Below, piece after piece: positions 9,803 to 18,587 of a stretch of DNA of 64,000 nucleotides. Source of the stretch: Kiritimatiellota bacterium (GTDB lineage: Bacteria; Verrucomicrobiota; Kiritimatiellia; JAAZAB01); contig JAPLSY010000087.1 in assembly GCA_026398415.1 (NCBI GenBank), positions 17,826 to 81,825 of the forward strand, in the 5' to 3' direction. A program made the position numbers and the translations under genes. Numbering within the stretch: the stretch's first letter is position 1; each line of letters begins with the position of its first letter. The notes under the pieces were generated by a model. It did no database searches. It was not told the DNA's origin and was given only the letters and a program-made list of their open reading frames with translations.

Positions 9803-11230
9803 GTGCGACGCACGATGAAAACGCAACACCTGCAACGGATGTTGATCGGGTTGGGGCTAATAATGGCCTTGGCGACGCCCCGGGCGTTTGCCACGGACTG
9901 GTATGTGACCACCAACGGCACCGGCGACGGGTCGGCGAGCTGGGCAAATGCCACAACTAACCTGCAGGGCGCGATAAATTCGGCAACCGACAGCGAGACA
10001 GTCTATGTGACCAACAACGCCACCTATTACCTCACGAATCAAATAACCGTCAGCTACGCTATTACGGTGCGGAGTTGGGGGCCGGGCGGAATACTGGACC
10101 CGACCAACACGATCCTGGACGGCAATTATCCCACTACGACCAACCGGCATTTTACGCTTAACAAGTACGGAGCTACGCTGGCTGGTTTTACGCTCACGAA
10201 CGGATGGGGCGAATCCGATGGTAATTCCAATACGGCCAGTGGCGGGTCAATCTATTTATCACGCGGAATAGTGACAAACTGCATTGTCATGTATAACTAT
10301 GCGTTAGGCACGAACAATGGCGGTTGGGGGGGTGGCGGTATATTGTTGATTACCGGCAGCGGGGGTGTGTGGAATTGCACAATTAGCGCTAATTCGTCAA
10401 GACAATTGGGCGGTGGCATCTACGCCAAAAACGGTGGCCCTTGGAAGATTGCAAATTGCATGGTCGCCAATAATGATTCGCGCTCAGAAGGAGCAGGAAT
10501 TAATATGGGAGCATCGGGAACGATTATCAGCAATTGTTGGATTGTCTCCAATTCCACATTTGGGAGCGCTGGCGGAGTTCGTATGAGTGCCGGAATCGCA
10601 GGGCAATGTGTTAATTCCTTTATCATAGGTAATACTGCCCGTGGCTCCTGGTCTCCCGGCGGTGGCATTCGGCCAAACTCGGGCTTGATCAGAAATTGCC
10701 TGATTGCCAGTAATGTGTCGCAATATGGAGCTGGATTAGCTATTGGCAATGCGCCGACGGAAAGTAGTTCAATTCAAAACTGTACGATTGTCGGCAACAT
10801 AGCCACTAATGGCGAGGGAGGCGGATTCGATTTAGCGGATTACAATGGTTTTGCAAAACTCGAAAACACCATCATTTGGGACAATAGCACACTCAAGGCA
10901 GGCACTATTTCCTCTAATTACTACATTAATCGCTCTGATCCGGCACTTGCGTTTGCTACCTTTACTAACTGCTGCACCTCGCCGCTAATTGTCAGCACTT
11001 ATGCTTCCGAGGTCAATACCATTACCAACGATCCGCGATTTGTGAAAACCGCAACCGATAATTACCAGTTGCAACCGGATTCGCCCTGCATCAATGCCGG
11101 CGTGAATCGGGCCTGGATGGAAGGTGCTCTGGATGTTTATGGCCATCGGCGCATTGATAATTTCCGCAGAACCGTTGATATCGGCGCCCATGAATACCTT
11201 GGTAAAGGCACAGTGTTCAGATTCCAGTAA
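9803..11230 (+). CDS. secreted right-handed beta-helix (pectate-lyase-fold) protein
   Basis: GTG start (VRRTMKTQ). The paralog at 61195 has the same GTG frame, with synonymous substitutions in the first codons. Signal peptide, then beta-helix-type repeats (N/S/T/G-rich coils: NCTI, NCIV, NCWIV, NCLIA). The C-terminal ...CINAGVNRAWMEG...DIGAHEY motif is shared with the paralog. Confidence 0.65.
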   Translation: MRRTMKTQHLQRMLIGLGLIMALATPRAFATDWYVTTNGTGDGSASWANATTNLQGAINSATDSETVYVTNNATYYLTNQITVSYAITVRSWGPGGILDPTNTILDGNYPTTTNRHFTLNKYGATLAGFTLTNGWGESDGNSNTASGGSIYLSRGIVTNCIVMYNYALGTNNGGWGGGGILLITGSGGVWNCTISANSSRQLGGGIYAKNGGPWKIANCMVANNDSRSEGAGINMGASGTIISNCWIVSNSTFGSAGGVRMSAGIAGQCVNSFIIGNTARGSWSPGGGIRPNSGLIRNCLIASNVSQYGAGLAIGNAPTESSSIQNCTIVGNIATNGEGGGFDLADYNGFAKLENTIIWDNSTLKAGTISSNYYINRSDPALAFATFTNCCTSPLIVSTYASEVNTITNDPRFVKTATDNYQLQPDSPCINAGVNRAWMEGALDVYGHRRIDNFRRTVDIGAHEYLGKGTVFRFQ

Positions 11231-11351
11231 GGAATAGACACCATGCGCATTATCGGTGAGTGGAACAACGATTGATCCCCCTTTTGCATCGCTAATGAAG
11301 TAGTGTTTATTACAAGAACGGTACGAAAGTTAATCAAACAAGGAGCTCATC

Positions 11352-11786
11352 ATGAGCTGGGTCCAGGAGTTCAAGCAGTTCGCCATGCGGGGTAATGTGA
11401 TGGATATGGCGATTGGTATCGTCATCGGCGCCGCGTTCGGCAAAATCGTATCTTCGCTGGTCGCGGATATCATGATGCCGCCTATCGGAAAACTGATGGG
11501 CAACGTGGATTTTTCCAGCCTGTTCATCGTGCTGGGCGCCGGCACTTATCCTTCGCTGGCGGCCGCCAAAGCGGCCGGCGCCGCGACACTTAATTACGGC
11601 CTCTTCATTAATACGGTTATCGATTTCATCATCGTGGCTTTCGCCATCTTTCTGCTTGTGAAAGGCGTGAATACCATGCACCGCAAGGAGGAAACCAAGG
11701 TCGCGCCGCCTATGCCGCCGACGCCTTCAGCGGAAGAAAAACTTCTGGCTGAAATCCGGGATCTGCTGAAACATAAAGCGGTCTGA
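11352..11786 (+). CDS. mscL: large-conductance mechanosensitive channel MscL
   Basis: AAGGAG RBS. Sequence [46 protein letters not shown] is the textbook MscL N-terminus. Length is 144 aa. Confidence 0.9.
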   Translation: MSWVQEFKQFAMRGNVMDMAIGIVIGAAFGKIVSSLVADIMMPPIGKLMGNVDFSSLFIVLGAGTYPSLAAAKAAGAATLNYGLFINTVIDFIIVAFAIFLLVKGVNTMHRKEETKVAPPMPPTPSAEEKLLAEIRDLLKHKAV

Positions 11787-11815
11787 CCGCCCCGCGTTAA
11801 AACATAAGGAACGGA

Positions 11816-12460
11816 GTGACCCATTGTCCAAAGTGCGGAGTGCCTGTTGACCAGGGGACCCGATTCTGCCCGGCGTGTGGAACGCCGGCCGGCGGCGCCG
11901 GCACACCTCAGCCGCACCGGTCCGGGCGAGCGCTGAAATTGTGGGCCTTGGCCGGACTGGCGTGTTTTGCCTGCCTCATCATCATGGCAATCAATTTCAA
12001 CCTGTTCCTCCGGCTGGTGGCAATTGGCGGAACAGTCCTGTTTATGCTTTCAATCGCGATGATGTTCCTGACCTTCCGGAAAGCAAAAAAGATAGCCCCT
12101 GCCCCCCTGGTCATTTCAATAATCATGAGCCTGCTTACCCTGTGGGTTTATGCGCTCTTCCTCGGCATCCATTTCAGCGGCACGGTGAAATTCATGGGGC
12201 TCCTTTCCGGCATACTTGTAGGCATCGGGTGGGCGCTGACCACACCCGTCCGGAGCAACAACGGCATAGTTGAAAGGGAAGGAAACGTCTGGTACCTGGT
12301 CGTCTGGGGCCTGGTTTTCGCGATCAACCAGCTTGCCGCTGCCATCACCGGCCGGCCGCCGCACATTGCAATGGTGCTCCTGCTCCTCGGCACGGGGATC
12401 GTGCTCGGCACCAGCGGAACTTTCATCGCAAGGTATTACTCAATGAAGGCCAGGCATTGA
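11816..12460 (+). CDS. zinc-ribbon domain membrane protein (N-terminal CPKCG...RFCPACG ribbon + ~4 TM helices)
   Basis: GTG start with AAGGAACGGAG upstream. It lies 30 bp after mscL. A CxxCG-x8-RFCxxCG zinc ribbon is followed by hydrophobic helices. Its stop (TGA 12458-12460) is 1 nt from the next gene's ATG. Confidence 0.6.
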   Translation: MTHCPKCGVPVDQGTRFCPACGTPAGGAGTPQPHRSGRALKLWALAGLACFACLIIMAINFNLFLRLVAIGGTVLFMLSIAMMFLTFRKAKKIAPAPLVISIIMSLLTLWVYALFLGIHFSGTVKFMGLLSGILVGIGWALTTPVRSNNGIVEREGNVWYLVVWGLVFAINQLAAAITGRPPHIAMVLLLLGTGIVLGTSGTFIARYYSMKARH

Positions 12461-12461
12461 C

Positions 12462-15400
12462 ATGAAAAACAGGAAATCCGGACTGCGTTCCATGTGCGGA
12501 CGATTGCTGGCGGTAATATTTCTGGCATCGTTTGCCGCATTGCCGTCCAGCGCCGAATCTTTCCTGGTGCGCTGCGGAATAGTCGGTGAACACGGTGGTT
12601 ACTGGGTCAACTACGACGGAAATCCCAAGGGGAACGGCATCAAGTTCGGGGGGGACGACAAGCTTAATTATTACTCGACAACCTGTTTTGTGAAACCAGG
12701 CGAGACCGCACGGGTGCTTATAAACCCGTATGCCGAGAGCAAGCCGATAGCAGGGCGATTCGGAGCAGGTTCCTGCGATATTGTCTTTACGGTCAATAAC
12801 GCCGTGTACGAGGGCAAGCAAGATGATAAACGGCGGGGAGACGGGTGGAAATTGCCTGTCAAGCCCGGCTGGAACAAGGCCGTGATCAAGGTCGATGCCT
12901 ATGCATATAATAACGGCAATGTGCAGCACATCGGCTCAATGAGCCAGGAAGTATCCTTCTTTGTGTTCGTCATACAGGTCGAGCGGGCAGGGCAATTAAG
13001 GTCACCGTTTTCGGGTTATCCTGAAGTCAATTCGGGATACATGATGCCGTCGCATGATGGGACGGTCTATGCCTGCCTGACCTGCTTTACGAGGCCGCGC
13101 GGCGGCGGAAGCAAGTACGCCCTGGTGCACATGGAGCAGAGCGGCCGCATAATTAAGATTTACGCGATACATCCCGATGTTTCTTCCAGCCCGGTGGCAT
13201 ATGATTCGGAAGGCGGGCTGTATGTGAATGTCATGGAAAGGATAGTCAGGTTCAATCCGGACGGGTCTTTTGACAGGTCCATTGTTTCTTTTAATGAGAA
13301 CTATGAAGAAGAAATAACCGGCCGGCATCTGGAGGAAAAGGTTTATCCGACAACAGTTAATGGCAAGAAAACGCTGACGCCTGCATACCCGGACCTGCAT
13401 CCATCTGCGTCATGCAGCGAAATGGCAGTAAACGGCAAATATGTTTACCTGGTGGCAGCGCAAAGAAAGAATTCCAGTAATTACGATGATGTTCTTTGCC
13501 GGCTTGACCTTGAGTCCGGTAAAGTTGATGTTCTTTCGCAGGTAAATGTGCTGGACGGCCCTGTTCCTGGTCCCAACGGCCTGGTGTACATGCGCTCGAA
13601 ACCCGTCAACAAAGGAAAGTCGCCGCGTGGCACGACGATGTGTGATGTCCTTGGTTTTGATGCCAACGGGCGGCCGTCGAGCAGTTTCACAATAGCCAAT
13701 GCGGGATACGATCTTGACGGATTTGATGGAGCCGGCTGCTTATACAATAGCTGTGTTGTCTCGCAGGATGGACTCAGGGAGTCGACATATATACCGGAAG
13801 GACGCCTGAGGCATGTCCGTCTATCCTCGCCTACAAGATATATCGATCTTGTGGGAGGACAGGAAGTCAAGGATAACACGCTTCAAGCACAGGGCGGTCA
13901 CTGGATGGATGGCGGGTCTTATTATTGCTTATACCGAGAGGATGGTAATATTGCCAGGTTTACTTCATTGTTCCCGGGAACCGGCAGTGTGCCACAACCG
14001 CAGCCGGCAGTCGTCAAGCTTGGCAAGAAGGGATTCTTTTCCGGAAAGGATACAGGCGCAAAGGAATCACCTGCCGAGAAAAAGCCGGCAGTCAAATCTG
14101 ATCCTGGAAACAATGCGCCGGCGGATGAGGAAAATGCCGTGGAGCAGATTCCGTCTTCCATAGGCAACGAGTGGACTCCCGCCCAAACAGATAACACATC
14201 AAATGAAGGCGGGGCAAATGCTGATAATACGGCAGGTAATGCTGCCGGAGCGGCCGCGGCAGGCGCAGGCGTGGTCGGAGCGCTGGGCGCGTTCGGGGCA
14301 TACCTGATGATGAAGGCCAACAACATGGGCCTCAAGGATGTGATCGATGGCGTGAAGGACCTGTTTGAAACCGCGAGTGCGCCGGAGCCCGAAACGCCGC
14401 GGATCCTGTTCCAGGAGCCGCCGCATAAAGATGGCGAGGTTAACGACCGGGACGAGGTGTGGAGCGACGAGGATCGCGGCTGGGTGGGCAGGAATCTGTA
14501 CGAGCAGGAAAAAGAGCGAAGAAAGAACATTGACCTGGTCAACGAAGAAGCCCTGCGCACTTCGGACAAGTCGGTAAAGGAAGCCTTTGACCAGTGGCAG
14601 GAATCGAAGAAGAAACTGGAAGACATGCGAGCGTACCAGCTGAAGGAACACAAGATTGAAGCGATGAGGCTGGAACTCGATCGCAGGCAAAGAGAATCGG
14701 ACCGCGGTGCGAGCTGGACGGAAACCATAAGCGACAACCTGGAGAGGGACTGGAAGGAATTGAAGGAAGACTGCGGGAAACTCTACGATGCGGCCACCGA
14801 CGCCAACACCTACAGCAAGATCTACGAAGGAAGCAAAGGGCTGCGAGGCAAGATCGCCGAATACGCCTGGGAAGCGGGCTCGCATCCCTGGGATACCACC
14901 ATCAAGGTGTTTTCAGCCACAGGCAAGGTGCTCGGAGAGACGGCGGCCGCCGTGTATGAAAAGCCGGAACTGATGTTCATAGCCGCAGGCAAACTGATTG
15001 AGGCTGGAATCGTTGATCCGATACTTGCCGTGACCGACAAGAACAAGCGCTTGTCGGACAGATTGCTGGCCGTGGCCAAACTTGAAGTTGATTATGCCCT
15101 CATGCCGTGGGCAACAACGAAAGTGCTGGGCTTGGCCGGTTCGATCGGAAGCAGGGTGATTGAGACGGTTGGACAGACCGGCGGCAGGATAATGAAGGTG
15201 GCTGGCAAGGCTGGTGAAAACCTTGTGGAAGGCCTGCGTGGTCTCGGGCTTGGCGAAAAAGTTGCCGAAGAAGGCGCAGAACAGATAGCAGGCAAGGGAT
15301 TGAACCCGGCACTGAGTGCCACGGAAAAACGGCTGGCGTTCCTGGAGTCGAGCGATACCCTGGCCAGGAAGGCAAAAATGATGGAGAACCTGAACCAGGT

Positions 15401-16271
15401 GGCCGACGCGCCGGAAGGCATGCGCATGTTCATGTTGAACGAGGTGCGCAAGGAAGATCCTGCTATTTTCAACCTTGTCCGGAAGGAGTTACACCCTGAG
15501 ACGGCCGCGAAAATCGGCCAAACCCTCGAGGGGTTCAACCAGGAAGCATTGAGCAAGACATCGCAGGCGTTGACCAGTAACGGTTACGTGGTTAAAGAAG
15601 TTAAACTGGCCGGAAACGTCCGCGGCGCCGACTGTGATTCCTACTGGAAGGTAGTGAAAGACGGACGCGTACTGTCCGAGGCCGAGACGCGCAAGGTGGT
15701 GGACAGCGCTAGAAAGGGCGTGTTCCAGGATGAATTCGGCCACCTCCGTTCAACGCCGGATGAACTGGGGCACAAGACCATGAACGCCAGTCCCGAGAAG
15801 TTCGCGGCCGAACCAGGTGACCTTGGCATCCAGGAAGTGACTATAAAACCCAAGCCCGACGGGACACTTGACTTTGACCAGGCCGTGAAGGCCGGACCGG
15901 ATCCGGCCAGGACAAGGGGCGTCGCACAGGCCGAACTTATGTCCGACAAAGTGGCAACTCCGGAAGTGGTGCACTCTGTCGGAGAAGTTCTGAAGACAAA
16001 AACGGATCACTTGAAAGGACTCGGGAGGCCGGCGACCACCACAGAGTTGCGTGACATGGCCAGGGAAATAACTAAAACCGGCACTCGAACGGTGGACGCC
16101 CTGACGGAAAAGACCGGGGCATCAATGACCCCGGACTACCAGGCTCTGCGGAGGCAGCTGGCGCTGGTGGCGGCCGGGGATGCGAAGGGCGGGATACTGC
16201 CAACGCTGGATAAGATAGACGCGATTCTTGCGGGACAAATAAAAGTGCTTCAAAATGCAGTTGCCAGGTAA
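12462..16271 (+). CDS. giant bitopic hypothetical protein (1269 aa): signal peptide, ~560-aa extracytoplasmic domain, single TM (~aa 600-625), ~640-aa charged coiled-coil C-terminal domain
   Basis: Uninterrupted ORF, translationally coupled to the upstream zinc-ribbon gene. N-terminus MKNRKSGLRSMCGRLLAVIFLASFAALPSSAES is signal-like. Gly/Ala-rich hydrophobic segment AGAAAAGAGVVGALGAFGAYLMM. The C-terminal half is charged and coiled-coil (EQEKERRKNIDLVNEEALR...). No known family recognised. Confidence 0.65.
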   Translation: MKNRKSGLRSMCGRLLAVIFLASFAALPSSAESFLVRCGIVGEHGGYWVNYDGNPKGNGIKFGGDDKLNYYSTTCFVKPGETARVLINPYAESKPIAGRFGAGSCDIVFTVNNAVYEGKQDDKRRGDGWKLPVKPGWNKAVIKVDAYAYNNGNVQHIGSMSQEVSFFVFVIQVERAGQLRSPFSGYPEVNSGYMMPSHDGTVYACLTCFTRPRGGGSKYALVHMEQSGRIIKIYAIHPDVSSSPVAYDSEGGLYVNVMERIVRFNPDGSFDRSIVSFNENYEEEITGRHLEEKVYPTTVNGKKTLTPAYPDLHPSASCSEMAVNGKYVYLVAAQRKNSSNYDDVLCRLDLESGKVDVLSQVNVLDGPVPGPNGLVYMRSKPVNKGKSPRGTTMCDVLGFDANGRPSSSFTIANAGYDLDGFDGAGCLYNSCVVSQDGLRESTYIPEGRLRHVRLSSPTRYIDLVGGQEVKDNTLQAQGGHWMDGGSYYCLYREDGNIARFTSLFPGTGSVPQPQPAVVKLGKKGFFSGKDTGAKESPAEKKPAVKSDPGNNAPADEENAVEQIPSSIGNEWTPAQTDNTSNEGGANADNTAGNAAGAAAAGAGVVGALGAFGAYLMMKANNMGLKDVIDGVKDLFETASAPEPETPRILFQEPPHKDGEVNDRDEVWSDEDRGWVGRNLYEQEKERRKNIDLVNEEALRTSDKSVKEAFDQWQESKKKLEDMRAYQLKEHKIEAMRLELDRRQRESDRGASWTETISDNLERDWKELKEDCGKLYDAATDANTYSKIYEGSKGLRGKIAEYAWEAGSHPWDTTIKVFSATGKVLGETAAAVYEKPELMFIAAGKLIEAGIVDPILAVTDKNKRLSDRLLAVAKLEVDYALMPWATTKVLGLAGSIGSRVIETVGQTGGRIMKVAGKAGENLVEGLRGLGLGEKVAEEGAEQIAGKGLNPALSATEKRLAFLESSDTLARKAKMMENLNQVADAPEGMRMFMLNEVRKEDPAIFNLVRKELHPETAAKIGQTLEGFNQEALSKTSQALTSNGYVVKEVKLAGNVRGADCDSYWKVVKDGRVLSEAETRKVVDSARKGVFQDEFGHLRSTPDELGHKTMNASPEKFAAEPGDLGIQEVTIKPKPDGTLDFDQAVKAGPDPARTRGVAQAELMSDKVATPEVVHSVGEVLKTKTDHLKGLGRPATTTELRDMAREITKTGTRTVDALTEKTGASMTPDYQALRRQLALVAAGDAKGGILPTLDKIDAILAGQIKVLQNAVAR

Positions 16272-16325
16272 CATGGTCGGCAGGTGGAAGGAAACAATCC
16301 AGCAGACTGCCGGGGAGGATGAGCG

Positions 16326-17417
16326 ATGTTTAGAATTGGCATGACAATATCAGGGTTTCTTGGAAGTTGCGAGAAGGCCGGGCTCAAACCGTCGGCGTTA
16401 TCTCCGGCAAAATTACTCCTGGATCAGTTCGGAAAGGGAATGGAACCCGATCGGAGCGATTTCGCCTTACCCGTGCCGGCTGAGGAGTTTGCGAAGACCA
16501 TGCAAACACTGCTCCAGCCGGATCATGTCATTGCCGCGAGATATGGCGGGCATATGGCTGATCCGCAGGAAGTGCGCTTTGCTTTCGCAAGGATCGAAAC
16601 CGCCGCACATATTGCGGCGATCTCGCCACTGGCGCCTGCCAGGGTATTCATTGAGTCTTTTGACGGCACGGACGGATGGATGGAATGGATCCTGGACCGT
16701 GTGGATCCTCTTAGACTGGCCGCAAGTAGAGGTCAGGCCGCAACGGGTAAACTGACCTGGGTTCAACTCCTGTATTTTCTCCATTCCGTCGACATGTACA
16801 GGAGATGCTACTACCGGTCGATGCTGGATCAGGCGCCGGTGGACGAGTTTGAGTTCTCGGAGACGGAATATCTTGAGGATCTACAGAATTCTGTTTTGTC
16901 GGCGGACTGGCGCTGGCTTGTGCCTTGCCTGATGAGCATGGTTCCCAGGGCCGTGCCTGATTCGGTTCTTGGACTGAAAAACCAGTTCGACTGTTTGAAA
17001 GAATACGGGGTGATAACCGGATCCAAATCGGGGCTCATGAAATTCACCGACCACGGGCAGAATCTCGGGCTGGAATTCATGCTTCAATGGGTGTCCGCGC
17101 TCGGGCTGGAGATATGCAGGGGAGACGGGAAGCAGGCGGAGGAAAGCAGGCTTTTCGTATTGGGCACGAACAAGGGGGCGCACCTGTTTGAATTTGAGAA
17201 GAATGAAATCAGCTACACGGTCGCAGGCGGGCAAGGAGTAAAGGAGTGCCTGAATAGACTTCTGAACAGGTTGGGCCCGCTGCCCAAAGCCGCGGCCGTG
17301 AAGCAATCCACACCGCCGCCCCTTGAATCTGTGCCCGACAGACAATTCTGTTCGCAGTGCGGAAAGCCGCTCGCGCTAAAGGGCCGCTTCTGCCCGGCCT
17401 GCGGTGCCGCGGCCTGA
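16326..17417 (+). CDS. hypothetical cytoplasmic protein with C-terminal zinc ribbon (CSQCGKPLALKGRFCPACG)
   Basis: GGGGAGGA RBS 6 nt upstream. 54 bp after the giant gene. The C-terminal CxxCG-x7-RFCxxCG motif matches the ribbons of neighbouring proteins. Confidence 0.55.
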   Translation: MFRIGMTISGFLGSCEKAGLKPSALSPAKLLLDQFGKGMEPDRSDFALPVPAEEFAKTMQTLLQPDHVIAARYGGHMADPQEVRFAFARIETAAHIAAISPLAPARVFIESFDGTDGWMEWILDRVDPLRLAASRGQAATGKLTWVQLLYFLHSVDMYRRCYYRSMLDQAPVDEFEFSETEYLEDLQNSVLSADWRWLVPCLMSMVPRAVPDSVLGLKNQFDCLKEYGVITGSKSGLMKFTDHGQNLGLEFMLQWVSALGLEICRGDGKQAEESRLFVLGTNKGAHLFEFEKNEISYTVAGGQGVKECLNRLLNRLGPLPKAAAVKQSTPPPLESVPDRQFCSQCGKPLALKGRFCPACGAAA

Positions 17418-18587
17418 TTATTCGGTCGATTTCTCTGTCGCGGTGAACCGAAAAGTGCCGATCAGGTGGACCATCACAAAATAGTATTTCTTGAACAGCT
17501 TCTTCGGCGCGGTATAGCTGATCATGTAATAATACGGCTCACGGTCGATTATCGCCTGCATCTGCTGGAATGCCTGTCCACTTGGCATCTCAAAACGGGC
17601 GACCATGTAAAAAGCCTTTTTCCCGCTCAAGTCGCCCTGGTCGGTCTTGTCCAGCTCGAACTCATCCATGGTTTTCCATTGCGACAGTATTTTATCGGCT
17701 TCGCTTCTGACCGTGCTGCCGGGTTTCTTGTTGATGATCTGGAAATTAACCGTAGTGTCATATTCTTCGGTGCCCTTGGCCCCGCAAAAGATATGCGCGT
17801 TGTCCTTGACCTCCGATTCCCAGTGCGCCGGAAGCTCGGCAACAAACCCGAACTTCTTATTCACGTACTTATCGTACTTGAGCCCCGCGGGGCCGGCAGC
17901 GGCCTCTTCGCCCGATTTAGGATTCCAATCCTTCAGGGGCGACCCTGCCGGATAATCCTGCTTATCCATTCCGGAATTATTATTTGCGGTTCCTGACCCC
18001 ACCCCGGCGGAAACGTCCTTCCCGGGTAGCTTGAGGTCAGGCAGTTCCGCCCCCGGCTTGGGACTAACCGGGATATCTGTGTTCACCAAACCATTAATAT
18101 CCCGCTTCTTGCCGTCGCCGGATGACCCGATGATGGCAAGGATAATGATTATGCCGAGGACACCTAACGCAACCAGCACAAGCGGCAGGCATCCCTTCTT
18201 CCGCGCAGGCTTCCCCGCTGAAATCGCATCCTTCACCGGCGCCCCGCATCCAGCACAGAATTTGGCGCCCGGCTTGATTTCCGCTCCGCAGGCGGAACAC
18301 TTGTTTACGGACGGCTGCCCGCAGGGCGCCCCACAGCTGCCACAGAACCTGGCGCCAGGCTTAAGCGCGGCTCCGCATTTCGAGCAGGCAAGGGCATGGC
18401 CGGAGGTATGCCCCGTTACCGCCGCCACGGCATTCTTGATGTCCTGTTTGGTTACAAGCTCCTTGTCCGCATTGTAAACGCCATCCATCAGGAATTCCGC
18501 AGGCATGTCCTTCGCACTCGTGTAAGTCCCCGTCTTGGTGCCAAACCTGAGGATTCCGAGTTTTCTAAGAATATCGATAAAACTCAT
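17418..18587 (-). CDS. double-zinc-ribbon membrane protein with C-terminal extracytoplasmic (PsbP/DcrB-like?) domain
   Basis: The N-terminal cytoplasmic part carries two tandem ribbons (CSKCGAALKPGARFCGSCGAP; CSACGAEIKPGAKFCAGCGAP). One TM follows (LPLVLVALGVLGIIIILAIIG), then a ~220-aa C-terminal domain. Its stop abuts the stop of the convergent gene at 17417 with zero spacer. Confidence 0.6.
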   Translation of the reverse strand: MSFIDILRKLGILRFGTKTGTYTSAKDMPAEFLMDGVYNADKELVTKQDIKNAVAAVTGHTSGHALACSKCGAALKPGARFCGSCGAPCGQPSVNKCSACGAEIKPGAKFCAGCGAPVKDAISAGKPARKKGCLPLVLVALGVLGIIIILAIIGSSGDGKKRDINGLVNTDIPVSPKPGAELPDLKLPGKDVSAGVGSGTANNNSGMDKQDYPAGSPLKDWNPKSGEEAAAGPAGLKYDKYVNKKFGFVAELPAHWESEVKDNAHIFCGAKGTEEYDTTVNFQIINKKPGSTVRSEADKILSQWKTMDEFELDKTDQGDLSGKKAFYMVARFEMPSGQAFQQMQAIIDREPYYYMISYTAPKKLFKKYYFVMVHLIGTFRFTATEKSTE

